64,000 nt of DNA from Octopus vulgaris (GCA_951406725.2 OX597818.1:39432001-39496000), one strand, 5' to 3'; positions 49,599 through 63,379 are shown, counted from the first letter of the stretch. The notes: generated by a model from the letters alone, not told the origin. Made by a program: numbers and translations.

Positions 49599-50289
49599 GA
49601 CGAAGATGACAACAACGACGAAAAATGCCTTAGGAATGAGAACCCAGGTTCAAGATTTCCCCAAGACACTTGATGAAGACTGGAGGGTATATCAGCCGAA
49701 ATTTTGTGTTAACAACAAACAAGATGAGGACAAATATTCCTCAATTGTAAATAATGTACATGATTCCTCATCTCTTAAATATAGAAGTGAAGCAAGTAGT
49801 TTTGAAGATAGCAACAATAATAACAACAAAGCAGTGGTGATTCTTTCATATAGTCAAACATAATAATCTGTTCCTTTAGAAGTTCCCTCGACTCAAATGA
49901 AACAAAGTTAATAAACTTATTGTTATTAAAAAAAGATGTTGAGAGAATTTTGTCGACCAAAATGCATTTCTTTGGAACAACAACTAATCCAGGAAAGAGT
50001 TTAAGGAAAAAAATTATATATTTCAGATTGTGAACAGGTGGAAGTAAGCTATATCTGCCCTCAAATAAGAATTACAAAAAGTACATCAGAACATATCAAG
50101 AGAAGCCCTCTCAAAGAAAAGACAAAAGTTACAGCACTATATTTTCAAAACTGAAATCTCAGTTGTTCAAATTCTCCACCCACTCACCCATCCATCCATC
50201 GACTCTACCCATCATTCCTAGGTGGGTTCTTAGGTTTGAGTCCTCAGGCACCTCTTCCATAGGGCCATTACATTTTCTGGCTGCATTCC

Positions 50290-50585
50290 TAGCATGTCCA
50301 ACTAAGATTATGACTATTATCCTGCTATTTCATTTTTGTCTGCCCCAGTGAGCTTGGCTTGAAGAATCCATTTAGTGATGCTTTCCTGTGGTATCCAAAT
50401 CACATGTCCATAGCACTAGAGCTGTGACCCCTCAATGCAGAGAAGTAGTGGCTTCACCTGGCAAGATTCCCTGATCTCCAAAATACATGCTCTATTGAAA
50501 AAGATTATTCCAGGTACCTTTGAAAGAACCCCACTTCAGTCACTTGTATCCTCAGTTGTACTCTTTTGGTCATACCCAACATTTA
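50290..50585 (-). mobile_element. Degraded RTE-type LINE fragment (different family)
   Basis: Remnant peptides RIQVTEVGF and VKPLLL.IE.SQL..YGHV. Confidence 0.5.
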
Positions 50586-51381
50586 TTATCATATCATCAG
50601 CATGAAAACCAAATTGAATTCATCATCATTATCATCATCGTTTAATGTCCATTTTCCATGCTAGTATGGGTTGGACGGTTCGACCAAGGTCTGGGAAGCC
50701 AGGAGGCTGCACCAGGTTCCAGTCTGATCTGGCAGTGTTTCTACAGCTGAATGCCATTCCTAATGCCAACCACTCTGTGAGTGTAGGGGGTGCTTTTTAC
50801 GTGCCAGGGGAGGCTGGAAGCATCCACGATTCGTTGGTGCTTTTTACATGCCACCAGCATGGAAGCTAGTCAAGGTGGTGCTGGCATTGGTCACCTTCGG
50901 ATGGTGCTTTTTACGTGCCACCGGCACAGGTATCACAACTACAATTTCCATTTGATTTTTATTTTGGTGTTGATGTACTTGACTCAATAGGTCTCCTCAA
51001 GCACAACAGGTTGCCCTATGATCCAAGGTAAGCACAGCAGGTCACCCTATGATCCAAGGTAAGCTCAGCAGGCCATTCTGCGATCCATGGTACTTTGGAT
51101 GGGCTGGGGCTGCTATGTGAAACTGGTGCAGGAAACAGCCATGGACTCATGTTATTTGTCAAGTCTTCGCAGTCACAGCATATCTCCAGAGATCTCGGTC
51201 TTTCATCATTGCCTCTGTGAGACCCAACGTTCGAAGGTCATGTTTGACCAATTCTTAAAAAAATATAATATATTGCCCATGAGCCGTACCAACAAGATAT
51301 ATGAATATAAAAACATGCACCAAATGGAAAATAGAAACTGCAACACAAAGACATCACTTTATGCTTTACATTGACAATTAA

Positions 51382-51601
51382 CCCTTTTGTTACTGTATTT
51401 ATTTTGAGATGCTCTGTGTCTCTTTCAATTACTTTAAATATAACAAAGATTCTAGTAAAATAATTTAGTTATCATAAAACTAGTGTTAGGAGCATAAATT
51501 GTAACTAACATTTGGTGGAAGATTTTAATTCAAAACATATGCAAACAAGACATTTGTACTCAGAGCCAGAGCCGGTTTCAGCCAGGTTGGTAACGAAAGG
51601 C
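51382..51601. mobile_element. piggyBac-type MITE, second family
   Basis: TTAA|CCCTTTTGTTAC ... GTAACGAAAGGC|TTAA. Confidence 0.75.
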
Positions 51602-52772
51602 TTAATATATCTATAGAGATCACAGGAGAAAGAAATCCTGCTCAGAGAGACAATACAGAACTGCAAACTTCAACTGGATTCAAAATTTTATCCAACTATA
51701 ACTAATTACATCTTTTCCATCACAATTCAAAAAATATATGAAAAAGAACAAAAGACAAACATGAAGTATTCTTCTGTTCTTCTAAATTGAAGGCTGTTGG
51801 AAAGGGGAAATGACATGTGAGTGGTGCAAAGAAATACAAAATTATATATACGGGCTGTGCAGTTAAGAATCTTGCTTTATAACCACATGGTTTCATGTTC
51901 AGTCCTACATCTTGAGCAACTGTCTTCTACTAGATCCTCAGCCAACCAATATCTTGTGAGTGAATTTTGTAGATGAAAACTGTGTGGAAGCCTGTTGTGC
52001 ATACGTACATACGTATGTATGTATGTATATATGTATGTATCGTTTCACAACTGATGTTAGTGTGTTTATGTCCCTGTAACTTAGTGGTTCAACAAAAGAG
52101 ACGGATAGAATAAGTACAAGGCTTACAAAGAATAAGTCCTGGCATTGATTTGTTCGACTAAAGGAGGTGGTGCTCCAACAGGGCCACAGTCAAATGATTG
52201 ACACAAATAAAAAAAATGTATGTAGGTACATATGTATTTTGACATTGCCACTGAGAAAACTGGTTTGCTTCAGTATTTATTTGTTTTCTTTTACAACAGG
52301 TAAAAATTGCCCTCCAAATAAGACAGGTTTTTCATTACCTTTAAAGAAAGGTCAAATATATTCAAAAATATACTCACCTGTTTCCTTCTGTCTTCTTTAG
52401 TTTGTTCTGTATTATTTTCTTCTCTTATTGATATATTTTATATCAGCAACTAACCCATATCCTTACAATTCATCTACTAAACATTGAAATAGTCACTATT
52501 TTTATTGGAGTAAATTATTTTTTTCACATCCTATAAGGCAAGATCTATAGATATTTATACAGATATTTATTCATTTATAAATTACATACTTTTGCATAAA
52601 CATGGCTGGATGGTTAAGAAGCTTGCTTCTCAAACATGTGATCTCATCTTCAGTCTTACAGTACAGCACTTTGGGCAAGTGTCTCCTACTATAGCCTCGA
52701 GTTAACCAAATCCTTGTCAGTAGATTTGGTGGATGGAAGCTGAAAGAAGTCTGTCACGTATGTGTGTATATA

Positions 52773-52945
52773 TCTATTATATAAAATCCGTTCTGTCTGT
52801 GTGTGTGTGTGTTCTAGGATATCGGGCATCCTCCATCTGATTGCGCTCAAATTTGATATGTAGATACCGACAGTATCAGGGCATGTATAAGTCTTGAAAA
52901 AATTACAAAAATTGATTCCTGGTGAGAATGCGATCGATAAAGCCA
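52773..52945 (+). mobile_element. Non-autonomous Helitron-like 5' end
   Basis: A|TCTATTATATAAAAT followed by a GTCTGT(GT)n tract and a CTCAAATTTGATATG segment, the usual layout of invertebrate non-autonomous Helitrons. No matching 3' end found. Confidence 0.5.
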
Positions 52946-54630
52946 TTTTTGTCCTGCTTTTCTTCCATCAACCTGTACATAACTGCACCTTCCATTTTTT
53001 GTTGTTTTTGTACTGCTTAAAGGCACGTTTCTTTCCTGCCAAGCTTACTGTTTAAACCATGTTTGTGTTCTCCCAGGCAACAGCCTTATCATTACTGATA
53101 CTTTAAACTCTTTGGTTGCATATTTGTGTGAATAAAATCGTTTTTCTTTGGAATAAAAAAAAAGTCTATCTTTATTTCTTCTTTTGCTGGTGTTTCAAAT
53201 TTTGGTTAAATCTGTGTTTCTCAAAGGAGAGGCCTCTGGAATGGTCGGACAAGTTGTTTTGAGAAAATTTGGTTTAAATGTTTGACAACTCAGCACCGTC
53301 CATTGGACGGGGGGGGTGGTGCTCGTATATATATATATATATATGTATATATATGGAAAAAAAGTATATATATGGAAAAAAAGTATATATATTTCATCAT
53401 GTTGAACCATTAATCCCAACATATCTTCTCTCTCCATTTTTTTTCTTTTTTGTTCTCTCTTCCTTTTTTTTCCCCCTTAAATCTCTTCTTTCAAAGAGCA
53501 TAGGCTCAAAATGTCAAAGACTTTACCATTCTTCCAGAGCATTAAACCAATACACCTGCTTGTTGTTTCCTCACCTATCTTCGTCTTTTGTTCTCTGTAA
53601 ATGTGAACTATATTTATATATATATATATATTTTGTTACTTGTTTCAGTCATTTCGACTGCAGCCATGCCTTAAAGGGTTTTTAGCCACAGAAATTAACG
53701 CCAGGATTTATTCTTTGAAAGCCTAGTACTTATTCTATCAGTCTCTTTTGCTGAACTGCTAAGTTACAGAGACATAAGCACACCAGCATCAGTTGTCAAG
53801 CAATGGTTGGGAGAGAAACACTGATATACATAAATACATACATACATATATATATATATTCATATTTATATATACAATGGGCTTCTTTCACTATCTATCT
53901 ACCAAATCCATTCACAAGAATCCATTCTATCTACCAAATCCATGTGCCTCCACAACTTAATGCATTGCTTGCTTTTATTTTATCAAGGAACAAAAGGCAA
54001 TGTTGATCTTGGTAGAATTTGAATGTAATGTGATGTAACTAAATACCACAAGACATTCTGTGCATTGCTCTGAGCTATAGTGCTGTTACTTGATCTGTTG
54101 CTAGAAATAGCAACCAAATCTTCCTTGGATCCCAATGTATCATATTGGTTTCAAATTTTGGTACAAGGCCAGCAACTTTGGGGGTAGGGTGTAATTTGAT
54201 TGCATCAACCCTAGTGCTCTACTGGTACTTGTTTTATCAACTTGGAAAGGATGAAAGGCAAAGACAAGCTTAGTAGAATTTGAACAGAACAAAAAGATAG
54301 GCAGAATGCCACAAAGCATTTTACCTGGCATGGTAATGCTTCTGCCAGCTTGCCACCTTACACCAATGTATCATCATCATCATCATCATCATCATCATTG
54401 TCGTCGTTTAACATCCATTTTCTATGCTCGCATGGGTTAGATGGTTTCACAGGAGCTGGCCAGCTGGGGAGTCGTTGTGGCATGGTTTCTATGGCTGGAT
54501 GCCCTTTCTAACACCAACCACTTTATAGAGTGTGTTGGGCACCAGCAAGGGTCCATTTACATAGCATTGCCATGTGGGCATTTTATGTGGCACCAGCACT
54601 TCTAAAGAACAAGCCTGTATGTATGGATGA

Positions 54631-55105
54631 CCTGAATGCCTTACTTCCCTGGGCATGGATACATTGAAACTCCAACATCTGGCAGCTGACTTGGCAGACA
54701 CCCATAAAATTATTAACTATCTTACTAACAATAACTCTGAGCGCCTTTTCAAACTCCACCTGTTTAACACCCGTGGACATGTTTACAAAGTCAGAAAACA
54801 GCACAGCTCCCATGACTTTTGGAAACATTTTTTCATGCTAAGAGTTGCTGAAGTATGGAACAAACTGCCAGCATCAGTTGTTAGTTGTCGGAGCACTGCA
54901 TCCTTCAAAACTTCCATGCTTCCTGAGATTCGCCAACACTACACCTGATTTTCTCTCCTCCATACACACGTGAGCATGTATCTGACTCATACATTGTTCA
55001 CTTTCCAGATATTTGTACATTACTGCATATGCTTTATATGCACTATTGACAAGTTGTTGTGCACCTGAGCACTGTATACAATAATTTCATTATTATATTA
55101 TTATT
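54631..55105 (+). mobile_element. CR1-clade LINE 3' fragment, same family as 615-1389
   Basis: Visibly near-identical to 922-1389. ORF 54655-54948. (ATT)n tail. Confidence 0.9.
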
Positions 55106-55271
55106 GTAACATGGGTGTGAGATTAGAAATTTGAGAGGAGAAGGGAAAGGAGTTAATCAATTAAACTAACTTCAGTACTTGACTGGTACTTTATTTTATC
55201 GAAGGAGAAAAGGCAAATTTAAAATTGGTGATATTAGAACTCAGACTGTAAAGAAATGGAAGAAATGGTAC

Positions 55272-55272
<1 letters not shown>

Positions 55273-55320
<48 letters not shown>

Positions 55321-55610
55321 CCTTTCTACTATAGGCACAAGGCATGAAATTTGGTGAGAGAAGACTAGTTGATTACATCGACCTAAGTGTTTCACTGGTA
55401 CTTAGTTGATCGACCCCATAAGGATGAAAGGGAAAGCTGACCTCAGTGGAATTAGAACTCAGAATGTAATTCCTCCTAACAGTAAATGTAAGCAAGAAAT
55501 TGGAATTAGAACTCAGAATGTAGTGATGAGTGAAATACCACTAAGAATTTCATCCAGTATGTTAATGATTCTGCCAGCTCGCTGCCTTATTACTGATACT
55601 ATTGATAATA

Positions 55611-55676
<66 letters not shown>
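55273..55676. repeat. (AAT)n at 55273-55320 and (AGT)n at 55610-55676
   Basis: Direct reading. (ATT)n also at 48093-48152, (AAG)n at 49569-49597. Confidence 0.95.
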
Positions 55677-56504
55677 TATTGACCCCAGTACATAACTGTT
55701 ACTTAATTTATCAACCCCAAAAGGATGATAGGCAAAGTTGACCTCGGCGGAATTTGAACTCAGAATATAAAGACAGACAAAATACCTATTTCTTTACTAC
55801 CCACAAGGGGCTAAACACAGAGAGGACAAACATGGACAGACAAACAGATTAAGTCGATTATATCGACCCCAATGCGTAACTGGTACTTAATTTATCGACC
55901 CGAAAGGATGAAAGGTAAAGTCGACCTTGGCGGAATTTGAACTCAGAACGTAGCAGCAGGCACGAAATACCGCTTAGCATTTTGCCCGGCAAGCTAACGT
56001 TTCTGCCTGCTTGCTGCTTTGGAATGTTATCGATAATATCAAGTAGAAATAGGGTTGTGTTGCAGTTCCACAATTCCCATACACAAGCTGCCACTGCTGC
56101 TCAGTCAGGGCTGACTCAGGGCTAAATACCAAGTGAGTTTTGAAATCTTGCTTGGTGAGGCAGTGTGAGAAAATTCAAAAGCCAAACTATTGATGGAATA
56201 AATATGTATTCACAATTTATTCAAAGGCAAGAAGAGCATTGTTATAAAAGTGCACTAGTTATTTTAGAAGACATCTAAGTGTTTTATTTTAATCGTAAAT
56301 GTTCAATTAGAGTGACATCATTTATTATTGATTTGTGTCCTAATTCACACAACATACTTTTTCACAAAAATGACACCATATTTTTTTCACAAGTACCTAA
56401 TAGAACTGCTATGAATTTGCTCAGCTTGCTATAAATAGCAGCTAAATCTCCCTCAAATCACACCCTGCTCTCTTTAGAAAAATGGAAGTACATGTTATTT
56501 AATG

Positions 56505-57536
56505 TACTCTTTACTCTTTTACTCTTTTACTTGTTTCAGTCATTTGAATGTGGCCATGCTGGAGCACTGCCTTTAGTCGAGCAAATCGACCCCAGGACTT
56601 ATTCTTTGTAAGCCTAGTACTTATTCTTTTGGTCTCTTTTGCCGAACCGTTAAGTTACGGGGACGTAAGCACACCAGCATCAGTTACGGGGACGTATGCA
56701 CACAAGCGATGTTGGGGAGGACAAACACAGACACACAAACACACATACACACATATATATATATATATATATACACATATACGATGGGCTTCTTTCAGTT
56801 TCCATCTACCAAATCCACTCACAAGGCTTTGGTTGGCCCAAGGCTGTAGTAGAAGACACTTGCCCAAGGTGCCACGCAATGGGACTGAACCTGGAACCAT
56901 ATGGTTCGTAAGCAAGCTACTTACTACACAGCCACTCCTACACCTAGGAGTTAAAATGTAGCCCAAGATATCATAAGAACACAGAATAATTGAAGCTGGA
57001 ATGTATTTGTTCAAAGCTCTACTCCATCACAACTAATAAATAATGAGTGGAGCTAAATAAAAATAATAGTATTAATAGCCGTAAGAGTGACTGTGTGGTA
57101 AGTAGCTTGCTTACCAACCACATGGTTCCGGATTCAGTCCTACTGCGTGTCACCTTGGGCAAGTGTCTTCTACTATAGCCTCGGGCCAACCAAAACCTTG
57201 TGAGTGGATTTGGTAGACGGAAACTGAAAGAAGCCCATCGTATATATGTATGTATATCATCATCATCATCATCATCATCGTTTAACGACCGTTTTCCATA
57301 CTAGCACGGGTTGGATGGTTTGACCGGGGTCTGGGAAGCCAGGAGGCTGCACCAGGCTCCAGTCTGATATCCCTCTCTCTCTCTCTTTCGGAGAGGCACC
57401 AAGCACCTACACGCACATATACACACACGGCAGTAACTTCCACCTACCGAATTCAATCACAAAGCTCCGGTCAGCTCGGGGCTATAGTGAAAGACACCTA
57501 CCCAAAGTGCCACGCAGTGGGACTGAACCCGAAACC

Positions 57537-57576
<40 letters not shown>

Positions 57577-58568
57577 ATATATATATGTGTATGTATGTGT
57601 GTCTTTGTGGCTGTGTTTGTCGTATATATGTATATTTGTAAGTGTGTGTATATGTTTGTGTGTCTGTGTTTGTCCCCGCAACATCGCTTGACAACCGATG
57701 CTGGTGTGTTTACGTCCCCGTAACTTAGCAGTTCGGCAAAAGAGACTAATAGAATAAGTACTTGGCTTCCAAAGAGTAAGTCCTGGGGTGTCGATCTTCT
57801 TGACTAAAGGTGGTGCTCCAGCATGGCCAGAGTCAAATGACTGAAACAAAAGAGTAAAGAGTAAAGTAATAACAACTTTATTTGTAGGAGAAAACTACAA
57901 GTTATATCAACACAGAATTCTCTGTTAGCATTTATGCACTGAAGGGTTACATTTATCATAGAACATAGTCAATTTGTGTGATATCATCAAATGAGAACAT
58001 GAAGTAATCATGTAATACCAATCAAAATGATTAGCAAGCTGTCAGTGAGGCTGATTTGTTTAGCCTGATGCCCTGAGGCATATTAATGAGAGAAGTAATC
58101 AATATTATTTACATAAAAACCTAATTATTATGTTTAAAGATGTATGCACACAGATGTAGGCACACAAACAGGTGTGTATATACATACATGTGTGTGTGTG
58201 TGTGTGCGTGTGTGGTGTGAGTATATGTATACACACACACACCACATGCACACACACACACCACATGCACACACACACACACACACATACAATATCTGGC
58301 ATGACCTTAGTTGTAATGGCTAAAACAAACTAAAGAAAGAATATGTATATAATGTGTGTGAGATATATATAATGTGTGTGTATATATACATATACATACA
58401 TACATACACATATATATATATATATGTATATGTCTATCTATCTCTTTCTATCTATCTATCTGTCTGTCTGTTTGTCTATCTATCTATCTATCTATCTATG
58501 TGTATATGTATGTATATATATATATATATATATATATAGACGTTAAACGATGATGATGATGATGATGA

Positions 58569-58628
<60 letters not shown>

Positions 58629-59062
58629 TCTTTTACTCTTTTACTTGTTTCAGTCATTTGACTGCGGCCATGCTGGAGCACCGCCTTTAGTCGAGCAAAT
58701 CGACCCCGGGACTTATTCTTTGTAAGCCCAGTACTTATTCTATCGGTCTCTTTTGCTGAACCGCTAAGTGACGGGGACGTAAACACACCAGCATCGGTTG
58801 ACAAGCAATGCTAGGGAGACAAACACAGACACACAAACACACACACACATATATATATATACATATATACGACAGGCTTCTTTCAGTTTCCGTCTACCAA
58901 ATCCACTCACAAGGCATTGGTCGGCCCGGGGCTATAGCAGAAGACACTTGCCCAAGATGCCACGCAGGGGGACTGAACCCGGAACCATGTGGTTGGTTAG
59001 CAAGCTACTTTCCACACAGCCACTACCACACACACATATATATATACATACATATACACACA

Positions 59063-59127
<65 letters not shown>

Positions 59128-60299
59128 TTCATAAATTAGCTAGTTAGGGTAAATCTCAGCTGCTTCCTCTTGAAGCATGTCTGCTTATACCAATATTAGA
59201 ATTAGTATGTTTCCATAGTTGGTGATGCATGTTAGTCAAAATACATATTAAAATTAAGAATTATGGAAAAACTATTTGCAGAATCAATCTATAATAAAAT
59301 AGGGAAATAGAAATCTTTAGGCATCATTTGTTCTCCATTATATCTGTTTCATTTGCTAATAGGAATCATATAGATTTACATGTCAGATAGATGTGTAAAG
59401 AATTTCCTATTAGAAGTTCTTCAGATAAATAACATTCTTCTTTATCAGAGGAATATCTAATAGGTGTGTATATACATATACACAGGTGTGTATATGTATA
59501 TACATACCTGTTTAAAATAATAATAATAATAATAATAAAAAACATTGTGTACAGTGCTCAGGTGCACTACAACTCATCTAAAGTGTATGTATAATCAGGT
59601 GTAGTTTCGGCGGATTTCGGTTAGCATGAGGGCCTTAAAGGATGCAGTGTCATGGCAGTCAACAACTGACGCAGGCAGTTTGTTCCATGCTTCAGCAACT
59701 CTGAGCATGAAAAAATGTTTCCGAAAGTCATGGGAGCTGTGTTGTTTTCTGACTTTGTAGGCATGTCCACGTGTGTTAGACACATGAAGATCAAAAAGGT
59801 GTTCAGTGTTGTTGTTGGTGAGGTGGTTGATAACTTTGTGGGTGTTTACCAAGTCCATTGCCAGACGCCAGAGCTTCAGTGAATCCATGCCCAGGGATTT
59901 TGTGTGTCTACATCTGTGTGCATACATCTGTAAATATAATAATTAGGTTTTTATGTAAATAATATTGATTACTTCTCTCATTATTGTGCCTCAGTGGCTG
60001 TGTGGTAAGTAGCTTGCTTACTAACCACATGATTCCAGGTTCAGTCACATTGTGTGACACCTTGGGAAAGTGTCTCCTACTAAAGCCTCGTGTCAACCAA
60101 AACCTTGTGAATGGATTTGGTAGACGGAAACTGAAAGAAGCCCGTCATATATATGTATGTATATCATCATCATCATCGTTTAACGACCGTTTTCCATACT
60201 AGCATGGGTTGGACGGTTTGACCGGGGTCTGGGAAGCCAGGAGGCTGCACCAGGCTCCAGTCTGATATATATATATATATATATGTATATATATGAGTG

Positions 60300-60332
<33 letters not shown>

Positions 60333-60870
60333 GTGTATATATGTTTGTGTGTCTGTGTTTGTCCCCCCCAACATCGCTTGACAACCAATGCTGGTGTGTT
60401 TATGTCCCCGTAATTTAGCAGTTCGGCAAAAGAGACCAATAGAATAAGTACTAGGCTTACAAAGAATAAGTCCTGGGGTCAATTTCTTTGACTAAAGGCA
60501 GTGCTCCAGCATGGCTTCAGTCAAATGACTGAAACAAGTAAAAGAGTACTGGCGAAGCTATGTGGTAAGAAGATGGCTTCCAACTACATGGTTCTGGATT
60601 CAATCCCCTGTGTGGCACCTTGGGCAAGTGTTTTCTACTATAGGCTCAGGCTGAACAAAGCCTTGAGAGTGGATTTGGTAGACAGAAACTGAAAGAAGCC
60701 TGTCATATATATGTATGAATCTATGTATGTGTGTCTTTGTGGCTGTGTTTGTCCTCCACCACTGCTTGACAACCGTTGTAGTGCATTTATGTTTCCATAG
60801 CTGAGCAGTTCAGCAAAAGACACCAATAACACAAGTACTGGGTTTTAAAAAATGTATAAGTGCTGGGGTT
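56505..60870. mobile_element. Cluster of a second tRNA-derived SINE family with internal microsatellite, both orientations
   Basis: Head GGCTGTGTGGTAAGTAGCTTGC..GGTTCAGTCCC, tail GACTGAAACAAGTAAAAGAG. Copies ~56505-56945 (-), 57079-57865 (+), 58627-59027 (-), 59990-60547 (+), 60550-60870 (+). Older copies at ~13878, 14782, 27685, 51850, 52600, 53632. Confidence 0.88.
59515..59897 (-). mobile_element. CR1-clade LINE 3' fragment, related subfamily
   Basis: ORF 59595-59927 has NTRGHAYKVRKQHSSHDFRKHFF. Tail appears as (AAT)n on plus strand. 3'UTR shorter and different. Confidence 0.88.
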
Positions 60871-60888
60871 ATATATTCACATGCGTAA

Positions 60889-60894
<6 letters not shown>

Positions 60895-60981
<87 letters not shown>

Positions 60982-60995
60982 CATATATATATATA
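60895..60995. repeat. (TA)n microsatellite
   Basis: Direct reading. Others at 24977-25003, 58571-58627, 62237-62272. Confidence 0.95.
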
Positions 60996-61019
60996 AATAT
61001 ATAGGAAATTTAAGTTAGG

Positions 61020-62230
61020 CCTAACTTTTACCATAAAACATGACTTCAACTGTGCTTGGAAGAACTTAATCTATGTTCTTAAATGTGGAGGTTGTGGTGG
61101 AGACTACATAGGTCAAACAAGCTTAACTTTGAGGGATAGACTTATGGTGCACAGACAAGAAATCTGGGACCCCTCAACTAGGAAAATTGCTGTTAGCCAG
61201 CACCTAGACCAATGCCCTGTAGACAAAAATCCTAAATACCAAATCTTCCCTCTCTATCAATGCACTGGAAACGCCTCAACCCAATTCCATTTAGATAAGG
61301 GAAACATACTGATTAAAAAACATAAACCACAGCTAAATATCCTTTAGAAAGAAGAAAAAGCAGTACAAAGAAGAAAAAAACACAAAATTTCAACACAAAA
61401 ACAAATAATAAAATTTTAGTAACAATCTTCCACCTTGGTTTCAAAACCGCAGCTCCAAATCACCACACAAACACAAAATGCTGACGTCACCCACCTCCAG
61501 TCCAATGAAATTCCACAAACACCAGTTGCTGACGTGACATAATTCCAAACCAATCAAAACCGAATTTCAATGAATACAATGAAAAGACATTTTAAGAAAA
61601 CTAACCAACTGGAACGACCTATAACCTTATCCTGCAAGGAAACCAACCAAGCAGAACGACAAGCTTGACCATGGAAGAAAAACATCATCAATGTTTTAAC
61701 GAATCAAAATCAGATCCACTCATAGAAAAAATTTATAAATACATCTTTCCCTAACACATACTATTGCAAGCGGAAGCGACTGTTTAAAGATCTGAGAAAA
61801 CGTAATTTCCCCCTTTTTTTACTATTTCAATTCTCACAGTTTTTTTTTCAGTATGACTTGTTGACTACCACTGAAATTAATGAACCTTGTACATTCTAAC
61901 AAATTAATACACAGTTTTAATTTCAAACTTACACCTTCTGTTTTGAACTTGATAATTTATCAACATTGAAACATTTTAACTTAACAACATTGAAACATTT
62001 CAGTTTGTCAACATTGAAACATTTTGATTTGTCAACATTGAAACTTATAACGACGTTTTTCTAATTTTACCCTTTTACCATTGATAAACAAAAACTATTG
62101 TTGAAACTAGTTTGGGATATATGTAAATAAATGTATTTTAAACATTTACGAGTTTTTGAAATTTAAGTGCATTTTCAACAACACATTTTCCTATATATTA
62201 TTTTTCCTGCGTGGAAACACCACTACCTCT
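61020..62230 (+). mobile_element. Penelope-like element 3' part (GIY-YIG endonuclease plus tail)
   Basis: [44 protein letters not shown]...VSQHL: LIY..CxxC..YIG..R..H. Degenerate hammerhead-like motif at 62075-62116. Confidence 0.85.
61961..62044 (+). repeat. 24-bp minisatellite, 3.5 copies
   Basis: CAACATTGAAACATTT-N8 units at 61961, 61985, 62009, 62033. Confidence 0.9.
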
Positions 62231-62232
62231 TT

Positions 62233-62274
<42 letters not shown>

Positions 62275-63069
62275 AATGATTAAAACCTATGTGTAGCAAA
62301 AGAATTAGACCTCAGCGTCATTGAAGTAGGGAATATAAAAACACGGAACACTAATATACAGTTCTCAAAGTTTTCTGGCAACCCACTGGTATGAATTTCT
62401 AAACAATAAGCAATGTATGTGCTGCTGTTCTTCAGTTTTGTGAAGCGATTATCTCCAAAAGTCTTTAGGAATATTGTTCTCTGACTGTTTTTCATACAGT
62501 AATGAATCCTGCATTTATCTATGACAATGTTCTTTCGTGAAAGGAAGTACTTAACACTGTTTGCATCTGTGTAACACAAGACATAGGCAGGCCTTTTGCT
62601 AAACCCTATGTTAGGGACAGAAGTATCATATAATGGCTAACGATTTGTCTAACGACAAATGAAGTATATAACTGAAATTAAGGAAAATAGTTAATGAATT
62701 ATACAAAATCGACTGTTTCTTTCATTTTTTCAGAGTTGATAAAATAAATAGCAGGTGAGAATTGGGGTCGATGAAATTGCTGGCTTTGTGCCAAAATTTG
62801 AAATTGATATTTTATACAAACATAGAACACTCGTATTCAATTCTAGGAGTTTCCTGACAAGCATAGACTATGAAGTAATCTGATTTCCTATCAGTAATCA
62901 ATGTGAATGCCGTCATTCATCAGCTGTTATCTGATCAGAAACCAGATAACTTCATTTCTGTGGTTTGATGATATTCTTGTGATATTTCAATGAATATATC
63001 ATAAGTTTATTTCCTAGTGAAATGGTTTATTTATCTCCTTCAACTCAACTGAGTATTTTTATAAATTAA

Positions 63070-63110
63070 CTAGCAGAGATACCCAGACTTGCTCGGGATT
63101 AAAATGGCAT
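63070..63110 (-). mobile_element. Helitron-like 3' terminus
   Basis: Minus strand: imperfect CCCGAGC..CTGGG hairpin about 8-10 nt before CTAG|T. Confidence 0.45.
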
Positions 63111-63306
63111 AGTTTTTTTTATTGTTTTACTTATTTCAATCATGTGACTGTGGTCATGCTGGAGCACAACCTTTAGTGGAAGAAATCAACACCAGGATTA
63201 TTCTTTGTAAGCCTAGTACTTATTCTATCAGTTTCTTTTGCAGATGGCTAAGTTACAGGGATGTAGACACAGCAACATTGATTGTCAAGTGATGGTGAGG
63301 GTACAA

Positions 63307-63341
<35 letters not shown>

Positions 63342-63379
63342 CATACATACATACATATATATATATTGGTTGGCATCCT

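Noticed and set aside
56548-61049. Many 60-137 aa ORFs rich in YI/HT/CV
   Set aside because: Translations of SINEs and (TA)n/(CA)n microsatellites.
61961-62044. Regularly spaced repeats resembling a CRISPR array
   Set aside because: 24-bp period with only ~8 variable, mutually similar nt, in a eukaryotic retroelement, with no cas genes.
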